The notes under the pieces were generated by a model, which was given only the letters and a program-made list of their open reading frames with translations, had not been told where the DNA came from and ran no database searches. Shown in pieces: positions 39,545-52,703 of a DNA stretch of 64,000 nucleotides (the stretch's first letter is position 1; each line of letters begins with the position of its first letter). Source of the DNA: Octopus vulgaris (taxonomy: Eukaryota). A program made the position numbers and the translations under genes. Where the stretch lies: NCBI GenBank assembly GCA_951406725.2, contig OX597814.1, positions 21,762,001 to 21,826,000 of the forward strand, in the 5' to 3' direction.

Positions 39545-40095
39545 TTCTTCGAATTCTTGTAGAATACAAGTCAGTGCTTATGTGCAAGTCAACAATACGT
39601 GCCTCAATTTGAAAATACTTCAGCTCCTAAGGTAATAGTTTGGGAATTGTGCCAAGTATATTAATTACCTCAGGAATAATTTTCATCCTTGTAATCCACA
39701 ATATCTCTGTTTCTCTGGATGAGTTGTGATATTCATCAATTTTCTCAAATTCCTTGATATACACTTTTTCTATCATATGGAATTGCGAAGCCACTGATCT
39801 CACACTGTTCTTTCTCTTTTTCATGATCAAATCTGGTCTTCTTGTTTGAGTTGTATGATCAGTTTAGAAATTCTATAAAAACTCATAACTTCCATTCACT
39901 GTGGAAGTCCTTGGTTCAAATCACTTTTGTGTCACTTCAAATCCACAGACTTGGTCAGCATCCTTATTCACTCCTTTACTGACAGTCATGTCTATGTTTA
40001 TACTCTTATTGTGCTAGCTTACTATCCTTACTTAAGAGATGGGCAATACTTTTGTCCCACCTTTTCCACACATTCTGTATTTGGCCGATTGAGTT
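39545..40095 (-). mobile_element. Decayed R4/Dong-type LINE C-terminus (CCHC + restriction-like endonuclease)
   Basis: RMCGK..KLAQ*EYKHRHD; TDHTTQTRRPDLI; KEFEKIDEY..EILW..KIIPEVINILGTIPK. Confidence 0.8.
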
Positions 40096-40117
40096 TTATC
40101 AATCTATTATTATTATT

Positions 40118-40575
40118 GAGTGAGAGAGCAGTGCATGCCATCATAGTGACACTGGGGTAAAATATACGAAGCCCAGTATACCCATCATGACTACCCGTCT
40201 GATAAGGGTACACTAGGCACATGCATCACAACCATATGTGCACGACATGGTGATTTCATATCAAGATAAACAGCACATGATTTGCAGGCGGGGCCCAGTT
40301 AGAATTTTTCTTCTGGTTGAGTACCCCATCCCGCTCAAAAGGTCCCTGAATAAGGGTTGTTTAAGGATGTTGAGCAAAACACCCATGTTTCCAGAGGTGA
40401 ATTATTCAAACCCCAAAGAATCCCTCTCAACACATGGCTTTGATGCCCCCGCCCCACTACTTCTGCTTGTGATCAGAGATGTACATATCGTCAGCCACTA
40501 AGGGACATGCTCAGTTGGTTAAGGTCAAACAACTGACAGGCAAATCTGTGGTATTGAGCAGAATATTTTCTGTTT
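40118..40575 (-). mobile_element. Probable retroelement 3' UTR ending in (AAT)n
   Basis: Higher-GC block bounded by (TAT)n runs and abutting the R4/Dong fragment; single copy in window. Confidence 0.4.
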
Positions 40576-41430
40576 ATTATCATTATTATTATCATCATCA
40601 TCATCATCATCATTATTATCAGTAGTAGTAGTAGGAGGAGGAGGAGGATGTGAGCTGGCAGAATCACTGGCATGCTGGCCAGAATGTTGAGCTGCATCTC
40701 TTCCAGCTTTATATTCTAAGTTCTAAAGCTGCCAAAGTCAACCTTGCCTTTCATATTTTTCATGGTCAATGAAATATGTATTAGTTGAGTACTTGAGACA
40801 ATGTAATCAACTATCCACCTCTCACCAAAATTTCAAGCCTCATGCCCATAGTAGAAAGAATTATTATTATCATTATTGTACTTTATGCATACTAGCCTGT
40901 ACATACATATATATATATGTGTGCTTGTGCGTATGTACATTTGTATGAAGACATATACATACGTATACACACAAACACACACACACACAGTTGTTGCTTA
41001 CCACCAGATCAACTCTCATGGAGCAGAAATTTTTATGGTCACAGCTTATAGGATTTCAGCATAGTTCTGTTCAGTAAGAGCTGATCTGAGTGTAAGCAAC
41101 AACTGTTTCCAAGCAACTGATTTGGAGGGAAAAACAACAAAAGGCGTGTCATACAGGTAAGACCTATTAATTGATAAGTGAAATTATAAACACTTTCTAT
41201 CTCACTCTAAGTACACACATGCAGTCATAAAAAAAATTAACAATACACACACACATAAATTTATACACTGACACACACATTCACAGATAGATACACATAG
41301 TACCTTAGATATTTAAACAAATACACCTGATGTCCATATATTATAGCTAGATGCATGAACACATGTATACATGTCTGCGCACGTGTGTGTGTGTGCAGGT
41401 ATATAGACACATACTCACATGCACAGTCTT

Positions 41431-41906
41431 TGGCGAGCTGGCAGAATCGTTAGCACGATGGGCGAAATGCTTAGCAGTATTTCGTCTGCCACTACGTTCT
41501 GAGTTCAAATTCTGCCGAGGTCGACTTTGCCTTTCATACTTTCAGGGTCGATTAAATAAGTACTTATTTCTTTACTACCCACAAGGGGCTAAACACTGAG
41601 AGGACAAACAAGGACAGACAAAGGGATTAAGTCGAGTACATCGACCCCAGTGCGTAACTGGTACTTAATTTATCAACCCCGAAAGGATGAAAGGCAAAGT
41701 CGACCTCGACGGAATTTGAACTCAGAACGTAGTGGCAGACGAAATACGGCTACGCATTTCGCCCGGCTTGCTAACGTTTCTGCCAGCTCGGCGCCAATTA
41801 AATAAGTACCAGTTATGCACTGGGGTCGATGTAATCAACTTAATACCTTTGTCTGTCCTTGTTTGTCCCCTCTATGTTTAGCCCCTTGTGGGTAGTAAAG
41901 AAATAG
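41431..41906 (+). mobile_element. Meta-like SINE interrupted by a full antisense copy (41564-41796)
   Basis: 13-bp TSD ATTAAATAAGTAC at 41551-41563 and 41797-41809. Confidence 0.9.
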
Positions 41907-42497
41907 GTTTATATGCTTCCCAGTTTCTGCGTACAAATAATCATGCATGTGCATTTAGATTTATATGTATATACTACATGTAGATAGGAAAATACATTGT
42001 GAAGTGTTTTATATTATGTAGTGATAATGCTTATCAGTGAATAACGAGGAATAAGCTGCACTTGAGATTTCTGTGTCTGTATTATTTCAAAAAGCATGAA
42101 TGTTGTGTCAAAAGTAAGACTTAGTGATTGAAAAATGTTGATCTATAAGAATAAGTACCAAGAGGAAATAAACACTGAGTCTAATGTAATCAGCCAAACC
42201 CTGAAACCAGCATGAGAATAAAACATATATAAAATATGTGTGTGTGTGTTACTTAAGTTTCAAGTGAAATTACTCCAATTAAGGAAACAGATAAATTTGA
42301 TAAGTATCCTTCTATATAGACAATATCTTTATCATCACTTTTGACCTAGATAAAAATTCTCTTTGCTGAGTGTACTGTGAACTAGATGTTTGAGCAACTT
42401 TTATTGTGGGTTACAAGAAATTTGGAAATTTTCTCAATAGTATCACTTTTTCTTTTAATAAATTGTTTCTCTGTAACATCTCATATTTTGGAGAGTC

Positions 42498-42535
<38 letters not shown>

Positions 42536-43324
42536 TATCATGAAGTAAATTTACCTCTTAAATGTGGCTAACCCTTAAGGGTGGATGCTACTGTAGCTTG
42601 TAGCCCCAGGAAGACACCTCCTCCAGCTGACTATTGACACATTTCTGTACCGTATCAGTATAATACCTTGCTCAGAGATTTATTATACACACACACACAC
42701 ACACACATATATATAGTCTTCCTAAAAAACTAAATATTTTGAAAGAGAGATTTTTCACTGCTCCTTATGTACCCACCTTAGTTGCTTAATTGAAGACATT
42801 ATACTGTAGGAAAATTTGAACCTGACAGAGTTTAGAGTTTATCGTACTTCCTAGATATGTCCAGACATAGAAAGAAGTTGAAAACTAAATAGAATCGTTG
42901 ATAGTTGTTATAAACACAGAAGCTTTGTGTTAGCCTATTAAGATTATGCAGGTTGGATTTTGTCCAATAAATTTGATGTATATAAAACATTAAATGAATT
43001 TGGGAACAGCCTTATACAAAAGATCTGATGTGAGATTTGCCAAGAATGAGGAGTCAGTGAAGATTAAATTATCATTTGGTCTTGGTTCAGATCTGAAATC
43101 TTCATCAAGTAGTATTTACAGTTATCAATGTTTGAGTAAATTCATTGAGAGCAACAAACAAAAGAATGGACTCGAGTAGCAGAAGAGTTATAATGACTGT
43201 GATAGAAACTTGAATCACATTTTTGTTGGTTTTAATAAAGAATCTCTGCAAGTTGATAAAAGAGAAGTAAACTACATTGTATTACTTCTTTCATAAAGCT
43301 ATGGTTTATCTAGAACCATTTACT

Positions 43325-43552
43325 TATTTATTCTTTTACTTGTTTCAGTCATGTGACTGTGGCCATGCTGGAGCACTGCCTTTAGTTGAGCAAATCAACT
43401 CCAGGACTTATTCTTTGTAAGCCTAGTACTTATTCTATCGGTCTCTTTTGCCGAACCGCTTAGTTACGGGGACGTAAATTTACCACCTTCGGTTGTCAAG
43501 CAATGTTGGGGGGTACAAACACAGACACACAAACATATACACACGCACATGC

Positions 43553-43599
<47 letters not shown>

Positions 43600-44275
43600 T
43601 ATGATGGGCTTCTTTCAGTTTCTGTCTACCAAATCCACTCATAAGGCTTTGGTTGGCCAAGGCTATAGTAGACGACACTTGCCCAATGTGCCACGCAGTG
43701 GGACTGAACCCAGAACCATGTGGTTTGTAAGCAAGCTACTTTATTTCATGAAAATTCGCCATTAAGGCATTACATAGAGGGGACATACAAATACAGACAA
43801 ATATATAGGGTGTAGTAGCTTAAAACGTTTTAGTATTTACAATATAATGTGCACAGTATTTACAATATAAAGTTTACAAATTTAATATCACATAGTAGGG
43901 CAAGGAACCCAGCCATCTGGGTAGAACCTTTACTTCTTGATCCGGCCACACTTACCTGGTGCCAAATATACCCAGCTTGCAAGCTACAGACTTCCATCTT
44001 TTCACAAACATATCTCGTGACAGACACCTCTTCTCCAGCCTGATCTTATTACCGAGGTGGTAACTGAAGAAGTTGACCAACCCCTGGCCGGATACAAAGG
44101 TACCTGTCACTATACCTTTCGTACATGTCTTCCATATGGTTTCTTTCAGTATGGCTACTATGCTGGAAAAACAAGCCTTCCTTTCCCTGCTGAGGAACTG
44201 AGGTGGCACAATCTCAATGATAGACTCCGCTGATAGCTGTACTCTTCCACTCACTGACACAGCCACTCCTACGCC
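43325..44275 (-). mobile_element. CORE-like SINE interrupted in its head by a LINE fragment
   Basis: SINE runs to AAGCAAGCTACT (43740) and resumes ACACAGCCACTCCTACGCC (44257-44275). Confidence 0.85.
43742..44256 (-). mobile_element. 5'-truncated L1/Tx1-type LINE (ORF2 C-terminus + 3' UTR)
   Basis: ORF 43952-44266 ..VAILKETIWKT..LVNFFSYHLGNKIRLEKRCLSRDMFVKRW resembles the Tx1 ORF2 end; AATAAA at the 3' junction. Confidence 0.65.
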
Positions 44276-44888
44276 TATTTGATAATCTTAGTTATTTAAT
44301 GCTTCTTTTTCTTCTTCATGTGTCCCTTCAAAACACATATGATGGTTACATAGCATCTCTCCACTTCTCACAGCTCTTTGCATTTTTATTGTTGTTTGCA
44401 AGGTCTTTTGAACTGCAAGTGTTAGCTTATATATATCTGCCTGTTTCTTACACACGGAGTTAATATGGCTAAGATATTTTAACTGGCTGCTACCAAGTAG
44501 CATCCAACAAAAAGTTATTTGTCTGGTAAGCAAACTCACATCTACATTCAATAAAATTAAAACATTATAAAGAGCTAGGGACACACAAATCAAGGGTTCG
44601 ACCAAGATTCAGTCTCCTAATCAGAATGTTTACTTCAATGTCCCAAACATCTAAAGAGAGGAGTTTAGATTCTCAATTCCTACAAGTATTTTGATAAAGG
44701 TCCTCAGAAGAAAATCATTCATCTATTTTTAGTAATTCTCATTTGTCTATCTGATTCATTCTTCACTGCATCATGTCCTATAAGAATCTTTATTTCTGGA
44801 GCAAACAAAACAGCCCTCCAAGTGGTCCTGGGCCTGCTAGAAAATATTGTGTAATATATATACATATATGCATATATATATATATAGT

Positions 44889-44889
44889 T

Positions 44890-44964
<75 letters not shown>
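44889..44964. repeat. (GATA)n microsatellite
   Basis: Direct inspection. Confidence 0.95.
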
Positions 44965-47887
44965 TAGTACATACCATCATAGTTAAAAATTACAATCATG
45001 ATGGTTAACCATGAATTTAAAGAAGATAAAATAAAACAAAGACATCAAAATACAAAGCTGTAATCCTAATATATCCTAATATTTCAAAAAAGTAAGGGCA
45101 CAATTTATCACGTGATTAAAAATACACTGTCTAAAACCAAACATTAATGAAAAAACCAGAAGAGATATTCATGGCTGGCTTGACTTTAATCATAAGTCTG
45201 GAGAAGTAAAACTGACCTGTGGTTAAACAATAGTGTTTATTACCAATAACCATGGCACTTCTCATCATTATAAACATCATCATCATTAACTGCATGTACT
45301 TTCTTGCCCTCATTACTTTGCTGGCCTTCTCTCTATATGGCATTCCTTGAGAACTATATCTGTCCTCAAAACATTAGAATGTAACATATTAAATGAGTCA
45401 TTAACAGTTTTATTTCCATTAAGATTACTTTTTTTTTTTTATGTTTCATCATTCTTATACAAGTATATTTGCATCTGATAAGTTTTGTACTCTTAATAAC
45501 TGAAATTATTTATCACTGAACTTATTGCTAATTATTTTTGATGTCTAATTTTTCATATATGACATATTCTTATTGCATATTGATTGCTATATCTTCTGAA
45601 TCTATAATATATCTTAAATTAATTTGGGAAATAGCTCCCAATAACTGTAGCCTCTAATCTTTCAGTTTGCATTTAATGTAATTATAAATTTTTCCATTTA
45701 AATTATTGTAACCATACATAACAATGCTGGTTGTGCCAAAGATCATGCCCCAGCATCTTCATAAACATATAGCTGAAACCTACACAAAAGCCTTCTCTTG
45801 AAAGTACCATAGCCCATCCCCTCTCAAGTTATTGGTTTCAAATTTTGGCACAAGACCAGGTGGGGAGGAAATAGTTGACAGGTACTCTATTGAGCTTGAA
45901 AGGATGAAAGGCAAAGTTGACCTTGATGGTATTTGAACTCAGAATGTAAAGTGCCAGAAGAAATGCCACTAAGTATTTTGTACAGTGTGATACTGATTCA
46001 GCCATTCACTGCCTTAATCCCCTTCAAAATTATTTTGTTGTAATAATTGAAATACTTCCTCCTTTTTACTATCACTTTCTTAATATTCTATTCAGTTTTT
46101 TTTTTCTTACTTTACAAACAGCTCCAAGTAATTACTAAATGTCATTAATTAGGCAGTTGGATACAAAAGCAATTTCTGTCAAAGAGCCACATAAGCCAGC
46201 TTTCTGTTATAATTGCATTCATATCTAAAATCCTTTATAGGGATGAATATAAATCAATTCAAGTACTTGACTTACTTTATCGACAAAATTGACCTCATTG
46301 GGATTTTAATTCAGAACATAAAGAGATATAATTAATGCCAATGGGAGTTTTGCTTGATGCTCAAATGATTCTGCTTATCCAGCATTGAATTGACTCCATT
46401 TTGTGATTGGAACTTAGTTTATTAATTCTGTTAAGTAAGGGGTGACAGTCCAAGCTGGTTACATCAGTGTCTGATTTTGGAGCAAAGAGAAATCCAAAAT
46501 CTTAACACAGTGTTCCACATGCTTGAATATCTTTACCTCATAAATCAAAATTTCAGCCTCCTATTTTGCTATTCCATGTTGATATGCAGAGTTTATATGT
46601 ACAACTTATTTTTTCCATTCTGATTCAGCATTAAATTGGGGTGGAGGTGGAGGTGGATGACAATATATTGAAAATATAGCAATATTATTTCAAAGAATTT
46701 TGATTTACTTATCGCATATAAAGATTTTTGTTATTCTTGAGGAATTCTTGAGACTCTTTGGAGCCTCATTGTTGTAATAAAAGAAATATATAACTGGCTG
46801 CTGCCAGTAGGATGCTAATTGCTACATGAAACAGCCTCTGGAGAGATCTATATAACCAAGTTATTGTAGCCAATAACAATTATTGCTTTCTTTCTATAAT
46901 GTTCTGATACAGCTCACAATGTATTTCTCAAAATGAACCACTTGTATCAGTAATGATTACAGCTTTGTATTCTGATGTTTTTGTTTTATTTTATCTTCTT
47001 TAAATTCATGGTAAACCATAATGATTGTAATTTTTAACTACAATAGTATGTACTACATATATGCATATATGTATATATATCACACAATAGGAGAAAAAAC
47101 AATCTAGTTACATGTCTTCAGTTTTTTTTTTATTTATTTACTTTTTTTTTAATGTTATAAGAGTTGTTTAGTCTAACAAGTTTCCTCACAAAAGAATGCA
47201 GTCATTTTCAAGTGATGGGCGTCCAGTAAAATGGCTGTTGAGTCAAGTACTTCAAACTGAATAGATCTTAAATGTAATCTCCATTTCTTTTTATAAGCAT
47301 CATTTATTACAGAGTGGCAGTAACCATAGCAATGATATGTATGCATGAAAAATAAGAAAAATATAATAGAATGATAATGTAATTGCATGAAAAGAAATCA
47401 AATTAAATTATATATACTCAATATTTAAATTAAATAATAGGAATCTATTTATATAAATATCGATTTACTTCTTAAGCATAGGGACAGAAATAAAATTTAT
47501 TAGAAAACGTGTGAGATTATATAATGTTCATTCATCCCTGTCTCAAGATTACTAATAATGTACATAGAGTATATTAGTCCACCCAGGGCCCCCACACATG
47601 AATACTGTCTTAGATTGCTATTCATTATATACCTGGCTTTATAATTGATGTAAATATTAATAAATGTTGCAGGTAATTGGGAAAAATAAATTTGAAACAC
47701 TTATTGACATAATTTTTTCCATAGGATTGGGGATTGATTTGTTGAATTAGCAGGGTTTCAGACAAGGTACCTTCTACTATTTGGTTGCCACCCTTTGCAT
47801 TCTATGCTCAAATCTTGTAGAGATCAGCTTTGTTTCTCAACCTTCAGAGGGGGATCAGAACAAAGTATCAGTCAAATACTGAGTTAA

Positions 47888-48099
47888 TTCAACACTTTAG
47901 CATTCAGATTACTCTGTCAAATGGACTCCTTATCTATTCAGATTACTTTGAGTTGATCATGCATTATCTCATAGCTTTGAAATTTCAATGATGAAATAGC
48001 TTATTTTTCATATAATGTTGTAGGTTAAGATCAGATCTGTCCAGTTTGAGCATAAAACAGGTAGAATATTTTTGGCCAGTTCAAATGCTAAAGGGTTAA
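47888..48099. mobile_element. TTAA-flanked (piggyBac-like) MITE
   Basis: AACACTTTAGCATTC ... AATGCTAAAGGGTTAA; related to 22592. Confidence 0.6.
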
Positions 48100-49410
48100 C
48101 CAACTTCTCTTTTTCCTAAAATTTGTTACCTTTGTAATGATATTTCAATATGAATATCAGTTTTTTGGAAACCATCATTGTTTTGGGGGATTTTATTTGT
48201 TTCATTTATCTATTTGGTACCAAAGTACTAGAGATACTTATGTATTTTCTTTTTAGTATCATCAGTAGATGTCCTTCATCCTGTTTAGCTCCATTCCATA
48301 ACCCCTGAGTGTTTTTAGGAGTTCACTCTGTTGCAAGCATTCAGACTAGATCTTCAGTCTGGTTGTTAATTCCTTCTTTTCTCCCACCAGAACCACAGAT
48401 TCAGAAAAAAAGTTCATCAGCTCTGCCTTTCCTGCTCCAACAAAATCATTCAAAGAGCAGAAAAGTGCAGTCACCTTAATTGTGTTTAAGTAGAAGTGAA
48501 TCAATAGTTAAGTAAATATACAGAAACGCACATATGTTAACACAGAGAAAAAATTTTTTTTTCTTACTGCCTATTTTATTCTACTTTCTCTTATAAATAC
48601 ATCATGCATTAAATATGTCGGCATTTACTTACCCACTATTTATCATGCAGATTGTGTTTCAGTAATATCTAATTTCTAAACAATTCTATCTTGCAATACC
48701 AACAAATATACATTTTTTTATTGACTAACTGTTGCTAATGCAGAGCAGCACCAGTTTTTTCAGAAGCTGGATTTTTTATCTACATTTCAGTTTATTTACT
48801 TAATGATTCATTTACTGCTGCTTGGCAAGCTATTGTGGCATGACTGCTCTTCTGCTGAGGATACTTAAAAAAAGTAGAATTACATCCACATTCTCTCTCT
48901 TTCACTAACCCTTTTTTACCAGGAGAAAATGAATACATGTTACACATCAACAAATATTATTTTCTCTCAACATGTTTCATTTACTTTATCCATACATTAA
49001 ATATATTGACACCTATTTATCTACTACTTGTCATATGGATGACATCTCAGAATTATATACTTTCCAAACAATTCTCTTTGAATAGCCTTCTTAATGATGA
49101 CCACTCAGGTGTAAAGCTAAAGAGGTTGTTTCACAAAGACTTTTACATAAAAGCTGGATCCACTTAAAGAAGTAAAGGAAGGAAGTAAGGGAACACAAAA
49201 GTGTTTCTCTACTTCTATAGCTCTTCTCAACCCTGCAACTTAACTTGTTATCCTGTTATTCATACCTCTTAGAAATTACTGCTCTCTTTGATATATGGCA
49301 GCACTGCACAATAACAGCTAATTCTTTTTCACTATTATTACTTTAAATGACCCTATAAAGTAAACTTTTGGTCCACATTTCTTGCATACACACTCTCTCT
49401 CTATCTCTCT

Positions 49411-49468
<58 letters not shown>

Positions 49469-49729
49469 TCAGTAAATCATAAATCTGAAGAAGAAGCATG
49501 CTCTAATTTATAGAACAGTAGGGTATATAGATAAAGATAGATGTGGCCAGTCAATGGGATTACTCGGGGTTTCACATCCATAAAGCTCTTCTGACCCTAA
49601 ACCCATTGGCTGGCCATGTTTATCTGTGTGTGCAACAGATTTATTTCTATTCACAAGGCTTGGAACAGCCCAGGACTATAGTAGAAGACATTTACTCAAG
49701 GGATCACAGCCGTGCCTGTGCCTATATAT

Positions 49730-49900
49730 ATCATCATCATCATCATCATTGTTTAACGTCCGTTTTCCATGCTAGCATGGGTTGGATGGTTCGACTGGGG
49801 TCTGGGAAGCCAGGAGGTTGCGCCATGCTCCAGTCTGATCTGGCAGTGTTTCTACAGCTGGATGCCCTTCCTAACACCAACCACCATCATCATCATCATT
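49730..49900 (-). mobile_element. RTE-tailed SINE-like 3' fragment
   Basis: (CAT)n-TGTTTAACGTCCGTTTTCCATGCTAGCATGGG.. Confidence 0.85.
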
Positions 49901-50032
49901 TATTTTCCATGTTGGCTTGGGTTGGATGATTTGACAGGAGGTAACAAGTCAGAAGACTGTGCCAGGCTCTGTTGTCTGCTTTGGCATGGTTTGTATGGTT
50001 GGATGCCCTTGGAAAGGAAAGAAAGAAGGAAG

Positions 50033-50067
50033 ATTTAATGTTTCGAGCGGAGCTCTTTGTCAGAAAC
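50033..50067 (-). ncRNA. Minimal type I hammerhead ribozyme motif (decayed) in a Penelope pLTR-like fragment (~50011-50147)
   Basis: Minus strand GTTT-CTGACAA-A-GAGC-TCC-GCTC-GAAA-CAT-TA-AAT; core departures from canonical (CTGACGA, GAAACGTTA) are G>A changes at CpG. Confidence 0.7.
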
Positions 50068-50179
50068 ATAGGAAAAGGAAAGATCCAAGGAAGGGAAGAC
50101 GGAGGAGGAAAAAATCGCCAATGATACACACGCGGTCACATTTTGACATATATATGTACATACAACTAGACAGATAAAG

Positions 50180-50585
50180 GGACAGGCATAGCTGTGTGGT
50201 AAGAACACAGTTCTGGATTCAGTCCTGCTGCGTGGCACCTTGGGAAGTTATCTTCTACTGTAACCCTGGCCTGACCAAAGCCTTGTGAAAGAATTTGGTA
50301 AACAGAAACTGAAATAAGCCCATTGTATGTATTTGTATATATATTTGTGTGTGTGTGTTATTGTCTTCTTGCTTTGGCATCACATGATAGCTGTAAACAA
50401 GTATCATCTTTATGCAAGGTAAAGTCTTTTGTTTCCAATCTTTTGTGAAAAACATGTCTACCTGGAAACAGGTGGTGGTTGGTGACAGGAAGGGCATCCA
50501 TCTATTAAAAATCTGCTTCAATAAATTCCATCTGTCTCATGCCAGCATGGAAAAGTGAATGTTAAATGATGATGATGATGATGAT
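50180..50585 (+). mobile_element. SINE with CORE-like head and RTE-type (GAT)n tail
   Basis: GCGTGGCACCTTGGGAAG head/body; GGAAGGGCATCC..CATGGAAAAGTGAATGTTAAATGATGATG tail. Confidence 0.75.
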
Positions 50586-50940
50586 TGGTAATATAATATT
50601 GTTTGTCATTTTACCTTTATATTTCTTTGAGTGTTTACTTTTTCCTACCACTAATTATTTGAGTGTGATGTGAGCAACTTGTTTGTAACAGCTGCTTTTA
50701 ACTAATTAATTGGATCATAACACTCTAGTTGTTCAAGTGTGTCTGAGTGGTAGAAACCTTAACCTCCCTTAAATATCTTTAAGCATTTTCTGGTAGGTGG
50801 GGAGTGGGGAGACCTATTTTTATTGATTGTGGTTGTTGTTCTTTAGCACCAGATCAGTTCTGGCAAAGCAGATCTATGATCAAAAGCATTTTAGTCATGG
50901 CCTCCCCATCGTTCTTTCAGGTGTTATGTATTGAGAACTA

Positions 50941-51153
50941 TGAGGGGTTGCTGAAAAGTTCCTGGCTTTGAGTAAAAGAAAATGCAAGAAGATCAGTTAC
51001 TTATGATTTCACTCAACATAATCCCCTCTCAGTTTCACACATTATTGCAGCAGTCCCTTAGTTTTTCTAAGCCCTGGAAAAGAACTCAAAAAGTTGAGCC
51101 TCCAACCAGGCCTTTCACAATACCATTAAAGCCAGGAACTTTTCACCCCCTTG
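50941..51153. mobile_element. Tc1/mariner MITE
   Basis: TA-TGAGGGGTTGCTGAAAAGTTCCTGGCTTT ... AAAGCCAGGAACTTTTCACCCCCTTG-TA. Confidence 0.85.
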
Positions 51154-52360
51154 TATGTTATTTAATGCAACCTTCTCTTTTTAAAAAGTAGGAGTAGAAT
51201 TTAAGAGAAATTTGACTGCTGTGTCTAGCAGGTTGAGCTACCATGCAGGGTTTCCCCATTACTGGCTCATTCTTTTTATGGATCTTCTAGGTTGCAAGCT
51301 ACTATGTTTTAACTTCATTTTATTCTACCTCTAGCTCAGCTCACTTGATACAACCATCTTGCTTTCTCTCAGCACCTTCTACATTGTCTCACCATTTATG
51401 CCTCTGCACTAGATTTTTTATCCAATCCTTCTTAGGACTTCATTCTTCTGGAATTTCCTCCCAACCTACATTTTTGCCTACAGATGTTGGCTTATAGATG
51501 TTTAAGCCAAACACCATCTGCATCAATCTCAGCATATTCAAAGTACTTGCATTTACTATGATTATAGCTACTTCTTTCTGACTAAGCTATAATGTATCAT
51601 GTCAAATACACTCACATCCAGCTGACCAATTTCCTTCATGCTTCCTTGTCCTCCAACGTCTCTAAAAGTCAGTTCTTTTTTTGTCAAGGTTTATGTCTCT
51701 AACAATTATTGCACACATATTTGATAAGCTCTACCTCTTCTTCTTTCACAATGTTATAATTCCCAATATAATAGTTGATTTACAACTTCATCTTGTCATT
51801 GCCAGAAGTGTCCTACAAGCTTAAAGTATGTATTGTTTGATGGTTTCTGTTAATAATTGTATATTTTCGTATAATACACTGTTCAATAAATGTTGTGCCA
51901 AGAACATTGTGATATAAACAAAAAAAACAAAAAAAAACAAAAAAGAAAATTACAAATCATCTCATTGTTCCTTTGCCAGTTTTCTGAATCTTGAATATTT
52001 TGTGCTCAGTGATAAAAGAAGTTCTTATCAAGTGTAGTATTTATGATAAATGGAAGAACTACTTACATTGGTGATAACACTGACCAATAATAAAACTAGC
52101 AAAAGTCACTTACAGCAAGGAATAATAAAAAAAAAAACAAGAGGCTCAGATTTAAAAGAACAATGTAACAATGATGTCATTGTTATGCAAATCATGTTAG
52201 CATTGCATATAAGTTGATCAAAACTATTTAAGAACTGCAAGTAATGACAGCTCGACTTCTTGAATAATGCATTATGACGCAACACAACATCAAGTAAATA
52301 GAAGTGATATTAATAAGATTCTATCAGAACCGAGCCATATTCCATAAACCCAAGAATATA

Positions 52361-52703
52361 ATTCTGTTGTGTCTGGGGAGAGTCATTTTCTTTTTTTTTT
52401 TTTTTCTTGTGCCTTATAATGTAACATACTCACCAGTAAAATTTCCACTTTTTTTTCTTATTTTTATTTTCCTAAAATTTCCGTTGCATCTTGCAATCTT
52501 TTCAATAGTCTTGACTCTTATAACATAAATAACGCAGGGTAAATAACAGACAGAGTCAAGATTATTGAAAAAGTTACAAGATGCAACGAAAATTTTAGGA
52601 AAATAAAAATAAGAAAAAAAAGTGGAAATTTTACCAGTGAGTGTGTTACATTATAAGGCACAAATAAAAAAAAGAAAATGACTCTCCCCAGACACAACAG
52701 AAT
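52361..52703. repeat. Inverted repeat C (~155-bp arms, ~33-bp spacer)
   Basis: 52361-52518 is the reverse complement of 52552-52703 with scattered transitions; the mirror ORFs 52304+/52518- reflect this. Confidence 0.95.

Noticed and set aside
40440-40500. CTGACGA on minus strand as a hammerhead core
   Set aside because: No properly placed GAAA or closing helices
51300-51720. Possible RTE remnant on minus strand (NEVLRRIG)
   Set aside because: Only one short motif
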